From Massalongia carnosa (lineage: Eukaryota): 64,000 nt of DNA. Made by a program: the position numbers and the translations under genes. This document shows positions 49,809 to 63,855 of the stretch, in pieces. The stretch spans positions 1,922,001 through 1,986,000 of the forward strand of contig OZ287072.1 in the NCBI GenBank assembly GCA_965645245.1, written 5' to 3'. Every line of letters starts with the position of its first letter. Position 1 is the stretch's first letter. Under the pieces are notes generated by a model. The model saw only the letters and a program-made list of their open reading frames with translations. It was not told where the DNA came from and did no database searches.

Positions 49809-52800
49809 ATGGACCAAACCAACGTCGGGAACATGAACGGCTACTACGAAAGCCACTACTCCACCCAGGAGATGCAAAGGGTGGCGGATATGAACAGTCA
49901 GGAGGCCATGCTAGGCATGATGGCCTCCAACGCCATGGACACGTCGGGCATGGTCGGTGGTCAGACGTTGGACGAGATCATCAGCCAAAACAGCAAGGAG
50001 TTGCTGCGGAGGAGAAGCTACAACCATATGAATTCCTTTGGCTCGAGCCCCGCGGGGCAAGAGCGTGACCCGCGGAGGTCGTCGATGCTGGAGTTTGGAC
50101 CGGGAAGCAACAGCGACCTTGATGGCTTCCAATTCGATCCTGCTCCCACCAGTTCTGGCATGCACCGTCCCGGAAACATTGCTCAACGGAGGCTGGATAA
50201 CCACGCTATTCGTCGCCAAGAATCCGCCGACAGCTTGGCCTTGAACACTCACTTCCAAAATCTAAGCTCGAACTATAGCCCTCTTCCCACCTCATCGCCC
50301 TATCGACAATCTCTCAATCCTCCCGATTCCCTACGCCTTGACATGTCAGGCACTTACTTGTCCAACCAGATGCTCATGGGATTGGAATACTCCGCAGGTG
50401 GCCTCGACCACGACAACAATGGCGACGTGACCCCGATGCCGATGTTCCCCCAAGGAGCATTTACGCCCAACGTGACGACATCACCGCTACAGCAGGAAAT
50501 TTCCAACTCGTTGAGGGGACCAGCGCAAGATCCGGGTGGTGGAAATACCAATGGGCATGTCGAGAACGATGCAATGGACAAGATACCGAACATGCAGATG
50601 CAGAACCTGCAAGTCAACTTGTCCCAGAGCTCGATGTCAATGCAAAACCCAAGCCCGGCGGGACAGATGAACGGCCTTTCCGATTTCCGTCCGCCAAAGG
50701 CCCAGCAAAGCGCCAACCTGGACACCTCGTCGTCGATGGCCAACGGAAGGGTGTTTACGAACGGCGAGACCGTCAAAGAAGCCGTGGCCCAGCAGGTCAT
50801 ACCGCACTATCGCAATGCGTATTCCGCGAGCGGGTTCGATATGCTGGGGGTATTGATGAGGGTAGCAACCCGGTCGAAACCACAGATCAACATCGGCGCC
50901 GTCGATATGTCATGTGCGTTTGTGGTCTGCGATGTTACGCAGCATGATTTGCCGATTGTGTACTGTTCGGATATTTTCGAGCGGCTCACGGGATATACGA
51001 AGCACGAGATCTTGGGGAGAAACTGTCGTTTTCTGCAAGCTCCAGACGGCAAGATCCAGGCAGGGGTTAAACGAAAGTACGTGGACGACCAGTCGGTTCT
51101 GCGGATCAAAAACATGATCAATCAACGACAAGAAGCACAAATAAGTCTAATCAATTATCGCAAAGGCGGGCAGCCTTTCATGAACTTACTGACCATGATT
51201 CCTATTACTTGGGACTCGGATGAAATCAAGTACTTTGTGGGCTTTCAAGTCGACCTGGTCGAGCAGCCCACGTCCATCACGAACAAGAATCCGGGTAAGT
51301 TACATCTGGCTTCATTTGGCATTCACGATGCACTGATGCGATTGCAGATGGATCGTATACCATCAATTACCAACGCGGCTTGTTACCACGATATGTGTTG
51401 CCGGAGCATAACACGCAACAAAACACGGAGCTCGGCCAGACCGTTGGTCGAGATGAAGTCTCTACTGTACTTAGTACTATCGGTGCTGGCGAGTCGGAAC
51501 TATCTAAGCGCATATGGGATAAGGTTCTTTTGGAAAACACGGATGATGTCGTGCACGTATTGTCATTGAAAGGCCTTTTTCTATATCTGTCCCCTTCGAG
51601 CCGCAAGGTGTTGGAGTATGATCCAAGCGAGCTGGTCGGGACTGCTTTGTCGTCTGTATGCCATCCCAGCGATATTGTTCCAGTCACACGAGAACTCAAA
51701 GATACCTCGACGGGGGCTGCCGTCAACGTGGTATTTAGAATACGGCGAAAGCACAATGGCTATACCTGGTTTGAAAGCCATGGGTCATTACATCTGGAGC
51801 AAGGGAAAGGAAGAAAGTGTATCATCATGGTGGGTCGCGAACGACCGGTGTATGCCTTGGCGCGGAAGGATATAATATCGGTTGGAGGCATCGGGGAGAG
51901 TGAGCTATGGACCAAAATGTCTACCTCAGGCATGTTCCTGTTCGTCTCGTCGAACGTTCGAAGCCTCTTGGATCGGCAACCTGATGATTTGGTGGGCACA
52001 AGCGCACAAGCTTTGATGCGGTCGGAATCAAAGCTTGAGTTTGGTCGCATGCTGGAGCTAGCGCGCACAGGCGTGAGAGCAACATTCAAGCATGACGTTC
52101 AGAACAAACGCGGGCAAACCCTCCAGGCTCGCACGACGATCTACCCTGGGGATGCATGCGAGGGGCAAAAACCAACGTTCCTCGTGGCTCAGACCCGCCT
52201 CTTGAAGCTGTCCAGGAGTTCCAGCTCCGCGAACCGGCAAGGGTCAGGTGCCTCGCCAAAAACCGATCAAAAGGTTGCCGGAGCGCCTCCCGTGCCACAT
52301 ACAGCCGATACTGGCGTTCCCCATTCAGGTACGCCCAAGCTCTATGACGATGGGATCACGACTCAGGCGGGCGGGAATGGCTTGACGATCGGAAATCAAC
52401 ACGAAGCTCTCGCATCGGAAGAAAACGTGTTCGATGAGCTGAAAACGACAAGGAGCACGAGCTGGCAATTCGAGCTGCGCCAGATGGAAAAGCGCAACAG
52501 GTTGCTGGCCGAGGAGCTGCAGAGCCTGCTTTCCAACAAGAAGAAGAGGAAGAGAAGGAACGGGGCGGGCCAGTTGCAGAAAGACTGTGCTAACTGCCAC
52601 ACTCGAGTCACACCAGAGTGGAGACGAGGCCCGAGCGGGAATCGAGATTTGTGTAACAGCTGCGGGTTAAGATGGGCCAAAGAGGTGAGTTTCCGTCCGG
52701 CGCGCCGTGGATGTCCTGCGCGGGCTTGTGCTACGTTGGAGAGCGCTGGGGTTTTAGACCTCTTGCCGATAGTTCATGTTTCCTCGTTGCCTTGGGGACT

Positions 52801-53158
52801 ACGTATGATACTGGGCATTCACGCGGGAGCGGACAAAATTTTACAACATCAGGGATGCTGTTGCTGACCATCGTTACAGAACGGACGAGTATCCCCCCGC
52901 ACCTCGTCCCAACAAAGCGACAAGCAATCCGGATCCCCGGCGCAATCAGTGGTCGTCGCCGCCGCTAACGAGCAACGTGGAACCCAAAAATCCACGCTTA
53001 ACCATGAAAAACGCTCGCCGCAAACCGCCAACGCCGAGTCCCACAACGCAAAAATGGCGCGTATGGAGGCCACCGCGTCCCAAGGGTACGGTGGTGGCAT
53101 CCCCACCAAGATCGAGGAAGGTGTTGAACCGGGCCAGCAGGCTATGAAAATGCAATGA
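49809..53158 (+). CDS. wc-1: White collar-1 blue-light photoreceptor / GATA transcription factor
   Basis: LOV motif GRNCRFLQ, two further PAS domains, GATA finger CANCHTRVTPEWRRGPSGNRDLCNSC; introns 51295-51347 and 52685-52879. Confidence 0.96.
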
Positions 53159-54469
53159 CGAAAGGGAAGGTTCAAGGTATACATGGAACCCGATCCAAGG
53201 TCATTTGAGGCGGGGATCAAAGGCACATGAGATATGTTCCCGCCTAGTAATACGGGCGACCTTCCTTTTTATCTGTATTTCCTGCATATACCACCTTTGT
53301 TTCCCACGATTTCTACCGATATCGCAGGTGCGAGGCTCCCGGGGCGTCCGATCGTTGGCGTGCTTGCTTTCCACTTTTACTGGGTTTGGGCGCGGTGGGT
53401 TCCGATGGGATCATGGAGAGAATTTGTTTTTGCTTTTTTTTTTTTTTTTTTTTTGGTTGCACATTCTATGCTTAAAGGGGGTGAGGGTGGCTGCCTGTGT
53501 TCTCCCCGCGTTCCATTTTCGACATTTGTTGCGAGTTCTTTTGTTTTGTTCTTTTCTTCTTCTTACCTCGGAGTCTTCTCGATACCATGATGAAACGTGA
53601 GGGAGCTTGTCGGTACCGGTCGGCCGGGCGGGAGTTCTGAACTGCAAGGCGCGCGCCTCTTTCTATGATCGGTTTATGGGAGAGGGGGGAGAGGGGGGAG
53701 AGAGAGGAAGGGAAAAGACGGAGAGATATATGGGTCGCGAATATCCACCTGCCAGCTTTGACGTTTATCACAAAGGCTGACGATTTCTTTTATGGGGACC
53801 GTGGTTTCTCTCGGCCAAGGGGGGGGGAGAAGTTTACTGTATGGGTGGCAAGGGGCAGGCAGGCAAACAGGCACTTAGTGCAGGGCAGGGCACAGAGAGA
53901 AGGAGCAGCTTGGCTTCCTTGTTAAGTATGATTCTCTCTAGTCTCATTACCTTAGGTATCGATTCATCTTCACCGTCGTCGTTCAACGTCCTCCTTGTTT
54001 GTTGCTATCTACTATTACATATATAATTACTGTTTTCAGTAAAATAAAATAAAACAATACTCCCCCTTCCCCAAACCCCTGGCGGGCCGCGGATGAGTCG
54101 ATCCTCGTTGCATTTGAACTATGTAAGCACAGCGAACGGAACGGACGCGGGATGGTTAACTTTATGAGAGGGGGGGGGGAGGGGGAAGAGGGGAGGGAGG
54201 GGGGGGGTTGGGTGGACGGGGGACCGGGGGGGAAGAGGGAAAGGAAAAGGGGGAGATGGGGGACGGAAGGATAAAGGGGGGGGGGGATGGGGGAAGAAGC
54301 GCGCTATGCCAACTACCTACTTGGTTATCTAGTTATCTAGTTGCCTACTGCAAGGGGGGGGGGGAGGGTTGCAATCCTGCTTCTGGAGAGTAATACAGAT
54401 ATACCTAGGTAAGTGTGTAGGTAAGTATTCTCTCCCCCGTTTATAGCTGGTTGCTGGTTTCTGGTTCCT

Positions 54470-55120
54470 AGCTACCTGTCTGTCTGCCTAACCTGCCTAA
54501 TCTGCCTACCTAACCTGCCTGCCTGCCTGCCTAACCTGCCTGCCTGCCTACCTAACCTGCCTGCCTGCCTACGTACAGAGCGGGTATTTCATCTCTCCTC
54601 TATACCTAGTTATGTACATACATACCTCATGTATCTTGTGGGATATATAACATACACATACATCCCTAGGCAGGTATTTATGTACCAAGGTATGTGGGTG
54701 GAATTTGTACACGGGGGATTTTCCGAGACGAGGGGGGGGAGGAGGGGCATGAGGGAGGAAAGGGGAGGGGAGGGGAGGCATGGAGAGAGAGGTAGAGGCA
54801 AAGGCAAAGGCAAAGGGAAAGGGGAAGGGGAAGGGGAAAAGGAAAGGTCGGGCATACATACATACGTACATACGTACATACGTACGTACACACATACCCA
54901 CGTGCAGGCGTATAGCATATATATGCATACGTGCGTGCGTGCGTGAGTGGTGGCTGGGAGTCTGGGGGGACTGGGGGATTTGGAGTTTTGGGGAAGGGGT
55001 TAGATGTACGCGCGTGTGTATGTGCGTGTAAGTACATAACTTATCTGACGGAAGTGTCATGTGACGTGATGTGACGAGATGTGTGTGATGAAATGTGACG
55101 TGATATGATGTGATATGATC
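54470..55120. repeat. Compound simple-sequence region: (CCTG)n/CCTAA, (GGCAAA)/(GGGAAG), (TACA/TACG)n, (GTGAT)n
   Basis: Direct reading. Confidence 0.85.
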
Positions 55121-56273
55121 AGTAGGTCCCTATTCTACTGACCGGCCTATATTGGTACAATTGCTCGCGGACATATACTCGTAACGTTTGTAGTTATATT
55201 ATCTGCTCTTGCGGGTGGGTGGGTAGGTAGGTAGGTAGGGGCTACAGTCGAATTCACCTTGGGGGGAGGTTGTTCATAGGTACGGGGTACGGAGTACGGG
55301 GCACGGGGTACGGGGTATGCATTGAAGTAGGGGGGAGAGAAGTGGGGAGAAGAAAAAGGGGGTGAGGAGGGAGAAATGAATGGTTGATTCGAGTTCTCGT
55401 TTTGCTCGATTCTTGGTGCAAAGAACGGAGTCAAAAAGATACGAGGCAGACAGACCGACCGACAGGGCGACGAGTTAGGATCGCGAGGGATGGGCATGGT
55501 CTTTGGCTTCATGTGCCTAGGTAACGAGGACTGGACGATGTTGATCCGGGTCTGGTTTGTCGAGGCGGATGGAGTACAGTCACTATTCTTTGAGATATGG
55601 ACCTACTAGCGAGCGAAGTATGTACCTTGTAGTCGCGTACCGAGTACATAACCGAGAAAGCAGGCGGGATGTCGTGGACTACGACCCCGTTGGGCCGTTG
55701 GGTCTTTCAACCGTGTAGAGTGATGAAGATGGCCGTGGTTGAATTGCCAAAGTCCCTTGTCTTGGTCTTGGACGAAGAGTACAGAGTAGGTACGGTGGTG
55801 GGTTGGGAACCGTGGTGGCCGTGCAAAGAAGGGGGGAGGGTTTCGATACCCCCGAGAATGTGTACCTATCAGCCTTGCGGGAAGGGAGGGAGTTGATACG
55901 TATTCATGCCCACACTCATACCCATCACACGACACAACACCACCAACATACATAGATCGGTATATCGTAACGGCTTTCGCTTGGGGGCCCTTGCTGCGAC
56001 AGCGCAACATACATCAAACCCTTCCCGCTTTGAGCGTATGGGATAGCGACCTCCCCAACGAGGAAGGAGCTGCGAAAATCCCGCTTAAGGGTATATCCGT
56101 GGAAAGTAAAGGGACGCTACATCCTCATCCACCAGCTTCGTCTTCTTTCGTTGGGTCGCCGGCGGGAATCAATTAATTGCTTGCTTACCCTCCCGTCCCG
56201 GAAAACCCTAAGCAACCCACTGAACGAGTCATATACACGACGCAGGGTCAGAGCGGGGGAGTGCAAACCGGCG

Positions 56274-57318
56274 ATGGAGGACGAGAACAGGATCTCGATT
56301 ACCGTGTGTGGGGATGGTGGATGTGGTGGGTGGTTTGGTCAATTCTTGTGCACGAGACGGATTGACAGCTAGGGGTACAGGGAAATCATCGATTACGCTC
56401 CGCTTGGTACGCAGTCAATGGACGCACGAGTGAGTTTTGCGGGGAGTCAGAGTTCCGCGATGGGAAGAATACCAGAGGCATGCTAAGCGTGGGTGGTGCG
56501 CTTCTAGGTACGATCCCACAATAGGTAGCAAACCCTCCCAAACCCCCCCTCCCACGGGCTTGATCCGCGCAAAGATCCTCCCTCCTCCCTCACCCCCAAC
56601 CTTTCGCTAACCACGCCCTCGACCCTCGCTCCCAGAGGACTCCTACTCGGTTACGCGCACCGTCGACGGAAAACCCTATTTCCTCTCCCTTACCGACACG
56701 GCCGGCCAGGAAGAATATCGCGGGCTCTGGGCCGCATCCAACCTGCGCTCCGACGCCTTCCTGCTCGTCTACGACATCACCAATCACGCCTCCCTCGCGA
56801 ACCTGGACTATTTCCTGCAGATGGTGGACATGGAGTGCGAGCACCGCCACGACTCGGGCGAGGTGCAGCCCGTGCGCATCGTCGCGGGCAACAAGTGCGA
56901 TCTCAAGGACGCGAGGGTGGTGACGAGTCGGCAGGGATTGGCGTGGGCGCGAGGCCGCGAGTGTGGGTTCATGGAGACGAGCGCGCGGGAGATGGTGAAT
57001 ATTGAGGAGACGTTCGCACGTACGTTTTCCCCGGGGGATGCGCGCCGTGCTTGGTAGTAGGGGCGTGGGAACGAAGGTTCTCGATGATGTGGAGTCTGAC
57101 AGAGCGTAGTGATTGTTCGCCGCGTCGTCGCTGCCCGCCGCCTTCATGCATCCGGTGCAAACTCCAACCCCCCGCGCTCCGGGTCCCACATGTACTCCAC
57201 CGCCCAGACTCAGCCGCTGACGCCGCTGGAGGAGAAAGCCGGCAGCGTGGACTTTGTCGAGAGGCCCGGGCGAACGACGAAGCGGGGAGGGTTTTGGGCC
57301 CGATTTCGATGTTGGTGA
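56274..57318 (+). CDS. Ras-family small GTPase, multi-exon
   Basis: Spliced G-boxes GDGGCGKS, YDPTIEDSY (through a 17-nt exon at 56508-56524), DTAGQEEY, NKCD, ETSA; C-terminus ...WARFRCW. Confidence 0.9.
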
Positions 57319-58129
57319 TTTGGTTTTGATGTTCATGAAGGAACCAGGGTGTCTTTTTTAGGTTCTTTTTTTGGGGGGTAGGGGGGGGAGTGGTTGCATG
57401 GTTTTGCAAAATGCCCGTTGCGATTGGGGAGGGATTTTTTTTTTGGCATGAGCGAGGAGTTGGATTGATGGGAAACTTCTGGGAGGGGGCCATGGGGGGG
57501 GGGGGGGGGGAGGAGGATGGAGACAGGCATGGATAATGGGATAGGTGGTTACGGTTTGGAGTTGGGTCTGGCTGTACGATACCTATTTGCTTTTTATTTG
57601 TTTGGAGGGTTATTTTTTCTTGTACCGCCGGCTTGGGGTTCGAATCTGTGGGAACACTGTTGATTCAATAGAAAGTGAACAGGCTATTGAGTTATGATAC
57701 CTACCGACTTCGTTCTCTGTATCCTCTCGAGAGATAGCAACGAAGTAGGTAGGTGTTGATTGCGACCCGAGTTACCTACCCCATTATCCTCGTGTGGCAG
57801 CGAACGTCACCCTCCCCCCCCACCCAGGCCCATGCCAAGGTGATCTGCAGGAAGATCTGCAGACCCGAGAAGTCTACCACACAGCCACACCCGAAAAGCT
57901 GCATACTGCCTATCGCCACCAAAACAACCCCGGTTACACCTCATCATTGGTGTGAACGACGTGTATCGCCAAGTCCCATTGCTCCCGTGAACATGTCCTC
58001 AGGGGTGTTTACATTGACTGTCACGAACCAGGCCTTCTTCGATTTCACCCTAAACTCAATCCAACCCACCCCACCTGCCCTCCATCTTACAGCATAGTCC
58101 AACGGATTGAATCCAGCAGCACCGCCAAC

Positions 58130-59967
58130 ATGAACGACAATTCCGCCAAGCAACCCGCATCCACCCCTGGCCGCTCGAGCATGGAATCGCGTCCCTTCCC
58201 TTCGCGAACCCCGTCGGGACGACTCAGTCATGGCCAAAGCCCCAGTCAGGGTCATCGCCAAAGCTTCACCGACCATCTCCGCGGCATGCCTCCCTCCCCC
58301 CGGGCTACCCGGCATCTATCCTTCTCCCAAGCCCAGATGCAGGAACTGCTCAACAACCCTCCCACCGCGGGCTCTGCGGACCCGGCGTTTGCCGGGCGCG
58401 ACTGGCAGCATATCAGCGTGGGGGAACTCGTCAATCCAAAGGACTTACGGTTCGTGGAGCTTGAGACGAGCGTGGAAGATGCTACGAATGTAGGTGGTCA
58501 CCGTGGCGCATGGCGATGGTGAGCGAAGGGGTTTTGACAGGCGTGCTGGTGGTAGCTTCTGACCGAATCCGGTGCCCCTGTGCTTCTGGTGCGTTCGGCG
58601 CCAACGGAAAACTCGGCCGTGGCCACGTTCGATTATCGCGACCTCACGCAATATCTCCTCTTTGCGACGGGCCAGCTCCATCCCGACGAAGAGCATCTCG
58701 GCACCTTTCAAGCCTTGGCCAAGAAAGCCCAACAAGGCCAAACGATCCCCCTGCACGATGCCAAAAGCTTGGGCAACAAGGAACCCTTCGTCACGTTGCC
58801 CCACACGGCGGATCTTACCAAAGCCGTGGAAACGTTCGGCGGCGGGGTGCACCGCATCGTGGTGGTCCGGGGGGGCACTAACGACGTGATTGGCATTCTC
58901 AGCCAGGTCAGGCTCGTGAAGTTTTTGTGGGAGAACGGCAGGAGCTTTCCGATCATCGACCAACTGTATCCGCAAACCCTTCGGGATCTAGGCATAGGAT
59001 CCCAGCATCTCATATCGATTAAGTAGTTTCCCCCTTTCGTCTCATGTAAAACACGGGTATGGCTAACCTTCGGAACGCATAAGTGGTGAAAGGCCTTTGA
59101 TAGAGGCGCTCAAGTTGATGAACAACGAGGGTGTGACCTCTTTGGCCGTTGTCGACGATCAGTACAGCGTCATAGGCAACATCTCAAACGCGGACGTCAA
59201 GGTAAAAATTTTTTTTTTCCTTTCGGCTCCTTGCAAGCTTAACCTTGCCATTGCTGCTGCTGCTGCTAACCCCATCCCCAGCTCCTCACCAAATCAAGTT
59301 CTGCCCCGCTCCTTGAAAACACCTGCTTCCACTTCATCTCCGTCATTCTCTCCACCCGCGGCATGGACGACGGCAAAGACTCTTTCCCCGTCTTCCACGT
59401 GAGCCCATATTCTACCCTCGCACACACCGTCGCCAAACTTGTCGCTACGAAAGCCCACCGGTAAGACCACCTTTCTTTCTCGTGCCTCCTCAGCATCGCC
59501 TCGTTCCTCCTCGAGGCTGACGCTCACTTCATCGTAGAATGTGGATCGTTGACTCCCCCTCGCCCTCGCCCTCGGCCCCTCCAACGCCTTCCTACCTCCC
59601 CGCTTCCCTCTCTCCGACCAACTCGTTCCACACCACCACCCCCACTGCGTCTCTCTCCTCCAACCCCTCCGTCAGCACTGTCTCCCTCTCCAACCCCTCC
59701 CTCACCAGCTCCCCCACCCCCCATTCCGGCTCGTCCACCAACATGTCCGGCCGCCTCTCCGGTGTCGTCAGCCTGACCGATATTCTAAACCTTTACGCCC
59801 GCGCCAGCGGCTTGCATCCGGGCGATTTGGAGGAGGCGAGACGAAAGCGTCGTGGAAGCAGCAGCAGCGCCGTGAGCGTTTCAGGGAGCTGGGGCGGGAA
59901 CGTGGGGGTGAGGGGGAGCTTGGATAGCGCAAGGAGTAGCTCGGTGGATGTAAGGGAGAAACGGTAG
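58130..59967 (+). CDS. SDS23: CBS-domain protein, Sds23/Moc1 family
   Basis: [72 protein letters not shown] across five exons. Confidence 0.85.
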
Positions 59968-60452
59968 TCACGGCGGATGATAGTTTTCAGCGGGCTTGGA
60001 GGGGGGGGGTAGGGGAGGATCAGTAAACCGGAAAAGGAGGACTCAGTCCGTTTTGAAGGTGCTGTGGATTTTTCATGGGCGCACAAGGGGATTAATTTCT
60101 TTCTCAATCTTGAAGGGTGGAGAAGCTGATTAACGGCTGCAACTCCTTTTGTCATGAAGTGAGTCGGGAAATTCATGGAAAGGAGGAAACGGATGTAACC
60201 TGTGTCGGAATGAGGATTTCTCCATTTCAATGCAATCGCAGTAGTTGTTCTTGATCTTGGTTGATTGGACTCGTAGACTTTTCGATTAAGAATCATGACC
60301 TTCAGTACATATACTACATCAACTTTCGAAAGACTTGATTCGGGAACATGTCCTGTTGCGTAGCAGAAATAACCCAGTCTTTATATATTACGTAACATCT
60401 TGAAACTTCGCCAGGAAACGCTTCTAGATCTCAAATGTAAAGTCTTCAGGAT

Positions 60453-63400
60453 ATGACCCAGATCGCGGCTAGAAAGCCTCCAAGCCAGCTCTTGGGCGAA
60501 GAGCGGGACATAAGAGTCGAGGACTATCTAAATGACAAGTTACAGACCACCGCAGACTTAGAGAACCTTGATGCTCTATTAGAAAATGTTAGAGGCCAAC
60601 AAGGTCTGCTGAAAAAGCAGGTTGGTGTCCACAACCACGCCGTTCATGAATCCGTCTACGTCGCTAACCAAAAATCAAAAAATCAAAAAATCCAGCTTCG
60701 AGAAGCAGAAGAGACGCTCACTGAGAAAAGCAATGCGTTCCAAACTCATTCGGAAGACCTGTTACAGCAAGCCAACCAATTCGCTTCTCGGCAAGCGAAC
60801 ATCGACCGTCGTCTGCTCATCCTCACCCAGTCCGAGACGAGCGACGATGCGGTCCGGAAGTTCGATGCTAGCATGCAAAGCCTGCAGAGACTGGACGTGG
60901 CCAAAGGCTATTTCCAGCTCCTCGCCGAGGTTGAAAATTTAAGGTGAGAACGCGCCTGACCAGGCTTCGATCATGCCGGAAGCACGGTTTTCCTAACCCT
61001 CCTGTCCGGATCCTCAGTGTAGAAGCTCGACGCAATTTCAAAGCGTCACCGCAAGCGGCGCTGGCGCCTTACCTTCGGCTGCAGAACCTGGCGGCTGCTC
61101 TTAAAGAGGCGCAACCTGCGGCCGAAGATGCCGCTCCCCATTTGGTTGATCATGTAGATGGGACGGTCCGGACGCTGTGGCGGCAGATGAAGGACGCCTT
61201 TGCGGGTGAGTTTGAGGACACGCTGAGGAAGATGAAGTGGCCCGGCAAAGATGTTATGCTTTCGGGGGAGCTGGAGGAGGAGTGGACGAGCGGGGCGGAG
61301 AAGTTGTTGGAGTTGCAAGAACCGTAAGTGAGATCTTTCAGAGTTGAGCTCTCTGCTTCCACTCCATTTGTTGGAGTATAGTCGTTCTACTCTCGCGTTT
61401 ATGAGCTTTTCCTTTCCAATAAAGAGCAGCTTAAATTGGGTGGTTCCCCATCGAATCCGCTCCGAGATGAGCGGGCACACTCTTAAGCAGATGTCTTTCA
61501 TTTCTCTCGTTGGAAAATTCTTTAGGACAGAATTCGTGATTGAACGCAGTTCACGTTTAATTGATTACTACAGAGAACTCAACTTTAGGGAGAATCAGGT
61601 TCTGGATTCTCCTCATTCCCAAGAGCCTGTGGTTTTACTCCCTCTCGAGGTGATGGTTAGGCCTTTAGAACTGCGGTTCAAGTATCACTTTGAAGGGGAT
61701 CGACCAACTAACAGGCTGGAAAAGGTAGTGCGACTTTTTATCTTTGAGGATCTTGGAATGGCTGACGAAGGTAGCCGGAGTACTTCCTTTCTCACGTCGT
61801 CGGATTGATCAACACGTACGAGGAGTTTTTTGCCATATACTTGCAACCGATCCTGCGTAAACGGTTCCAGCGGTCAAACCTAGCTATGAATTCTATATAC
61901 ATTGACTCCACCTCCGCTCTTGTTACCTCGTTGCTGCCCATGCTTCGTCACAAGATCTTTGCCCTGGTGCCACAGATTTCCCATCAGCCGCATCTTTTAA
62001 GCCATTTCATTCATGAGCTTATCAGTTTTGATACTGGTCTCAGAGAGGATTGGAGCTATGATGGAGGGAACGGAGCGGACGGGTGGAAGGGTTTGACATG
62101 GGAGGTTTTGGTAAAAAAGAACTGGTTTGGGCGATGGCTAGAAGTTGAAAAGGATTGTGAGTGCTTCCGTAGAAAGATGTTCATTCATTCGTGGGATTAA
62201 CAAGAAGATAGTTGCATTGGCCAGGTATCAGACAATTATCAGCACGCCAGAAAGTGGAGAGTTGGATTACGACAGCGTGGATAGCAATGCCACCAAACCT
62301 ACAAAAGCAGCCATCAGAGTCAACGACCTGCTCGAGACTATCACAGGTAAGCATGGATTGCCCTCGGTTAATGGACGAAACGTTTACCCCGTGCAATAGA
62401 TCGTTACCGGCCATTGTCGTCTTTCTCTCAAAAGCTTCGATTCCTCATCGACATACAGATCGCCATCTTCGATAAGTTCCACTCCCGCCTGCACTCCTCT
62501 CTCGAAGCGTACCTAAGCATTACCTCCTCTCTAGCGCGCACGGTGCAAGGGGTATCCAAAGAAGACCAAGCCGAACTGCAAGGACTCGGCGGACTCGAGC
62601 GTCTCTGCCGCGTCTACGGCAGCGCCGAGTACCTTGAGAAGAAAATGCGAGATTGGAGTGACGACGTCTTCTTCCTCGAGCTCTGGGATGAACTCCAGAA
62701 TCGAGCTCGCGGGAACACCAGCAACAAGAATATTGCCGGTCCCATGAGCGTCAAGGACGTTGCCGAACGAACCTCCAGCACCGTGGGCTCGCAGGAAGAT
62801 TCGTCCGGCGCCCTGTTTGACGAAACGTCCGAGGCCTACAAGCGATTGCGTGTCCGGTCCGAAGGCATCATGCAAGACGCACTCGTCCATACCATCCGCG
62901 ACTCCCTCCGCCCATACAGCCGCATCAACCCCTGGTCTTCCCTCTCCAGCGACCCCTCCCCCCCCCCCTCCACAACCCTTACGCTCTCAGCCGAACTCGA
63001 CGCCACGGTGCAGCAGCTGTCATCCTCTCTCCTCTTCCTCTCCAACGCCCTCGCGCCCGCTCCGCTCCGCCGCATCTCGCGCCAACTCTGCCTGGCCGTG
63101 CAAACCTTTCTCTGGGACCACGTCCTCGTGCGCCACTCGTTTTCCGCGGCCGGCATCGCGCAGTTCGGCCGCGACGTGGCGGCGCTGGGCGAGGTGGTAG
63201 ATCGCCATGTTGGCGCGGGGCATAGCGAGCTCGGGCTGAGAAAACTCCAGGAGGCGCTCGTGCTGTTGGGGTTGCGGTCTCATGATCCTGGGATCACTGA
63301 AGCGGACGCTGGCCCGTCGAAAGGTGACGTGGAAGGCGAGAACTCTGCAAGTGGGGATCTTGATGGCGAGGGAGGACTGGGTCTGCAGGAGGTGGCCACG

Positions 63401-63517
63401 AGGCTGTTTCGGAGCAACGAGAGCGGCCGCGAGGTCCTGGATCTGTTGGGGCTGGAGGTGCTGAGCGAGGCCGACGCGAGAAGCGTGCTGGAGAGACGGA
63501 TCGATTTGGGGGGTTAG
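60453..63517 (+). CDS. TIP20: RINT-1/Tip20 family Dsl1-complex subunit, multi-exon
   Basis: RVEDYLNDKLQT, PLELRFKYHFEGDRPTNRLEK, HLLSHFIHEL, WFGRWLEVEKD, WSDDVFFLELW. Confidence 0.88.
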
Positions 63518-63824
63518 GTGGCTTTGGGTGGAGTTGGGAGGGGGGACGAAAAGATTAATAGCAAAACCAGAGAGATTGATAATACATTTATAGAAAAGAA
63601 GTGATGTCAAGCAAAAGGAAAGGCGAGCGCATGAAAAATCCGGAGTGGCACCAGAAAGAAGGAAGCAAAAGGAAAAGCATCAGGTTACTTTAATTTAATT
63701 CATCGATTTGTTCAACGTACGTAGTAAGTACATAATCGTATCTTTTTTTGGGGGGCAATTTTCCGGGATTCTTCTCTTTCTCACTCTTTCTCACACACAA
63801 AAAAACATCAATCCAAACTTACTC

Positions 63825-63829
<5 letters not shown>

Positions 63830-63854
<25 letters not shown>
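63830..63854. repeat. (GA)n microsatellite
   Basis: Direct reading. Confidence 0.9.

Positions 63855-63855
<1 letters not shown>

Noticed and set aside
53205..56180. Numerous 60-160 aa ORFs between wc-1 and the Ras-like gene
   Set aside because: Translations of microsatellites and homopolymer runs
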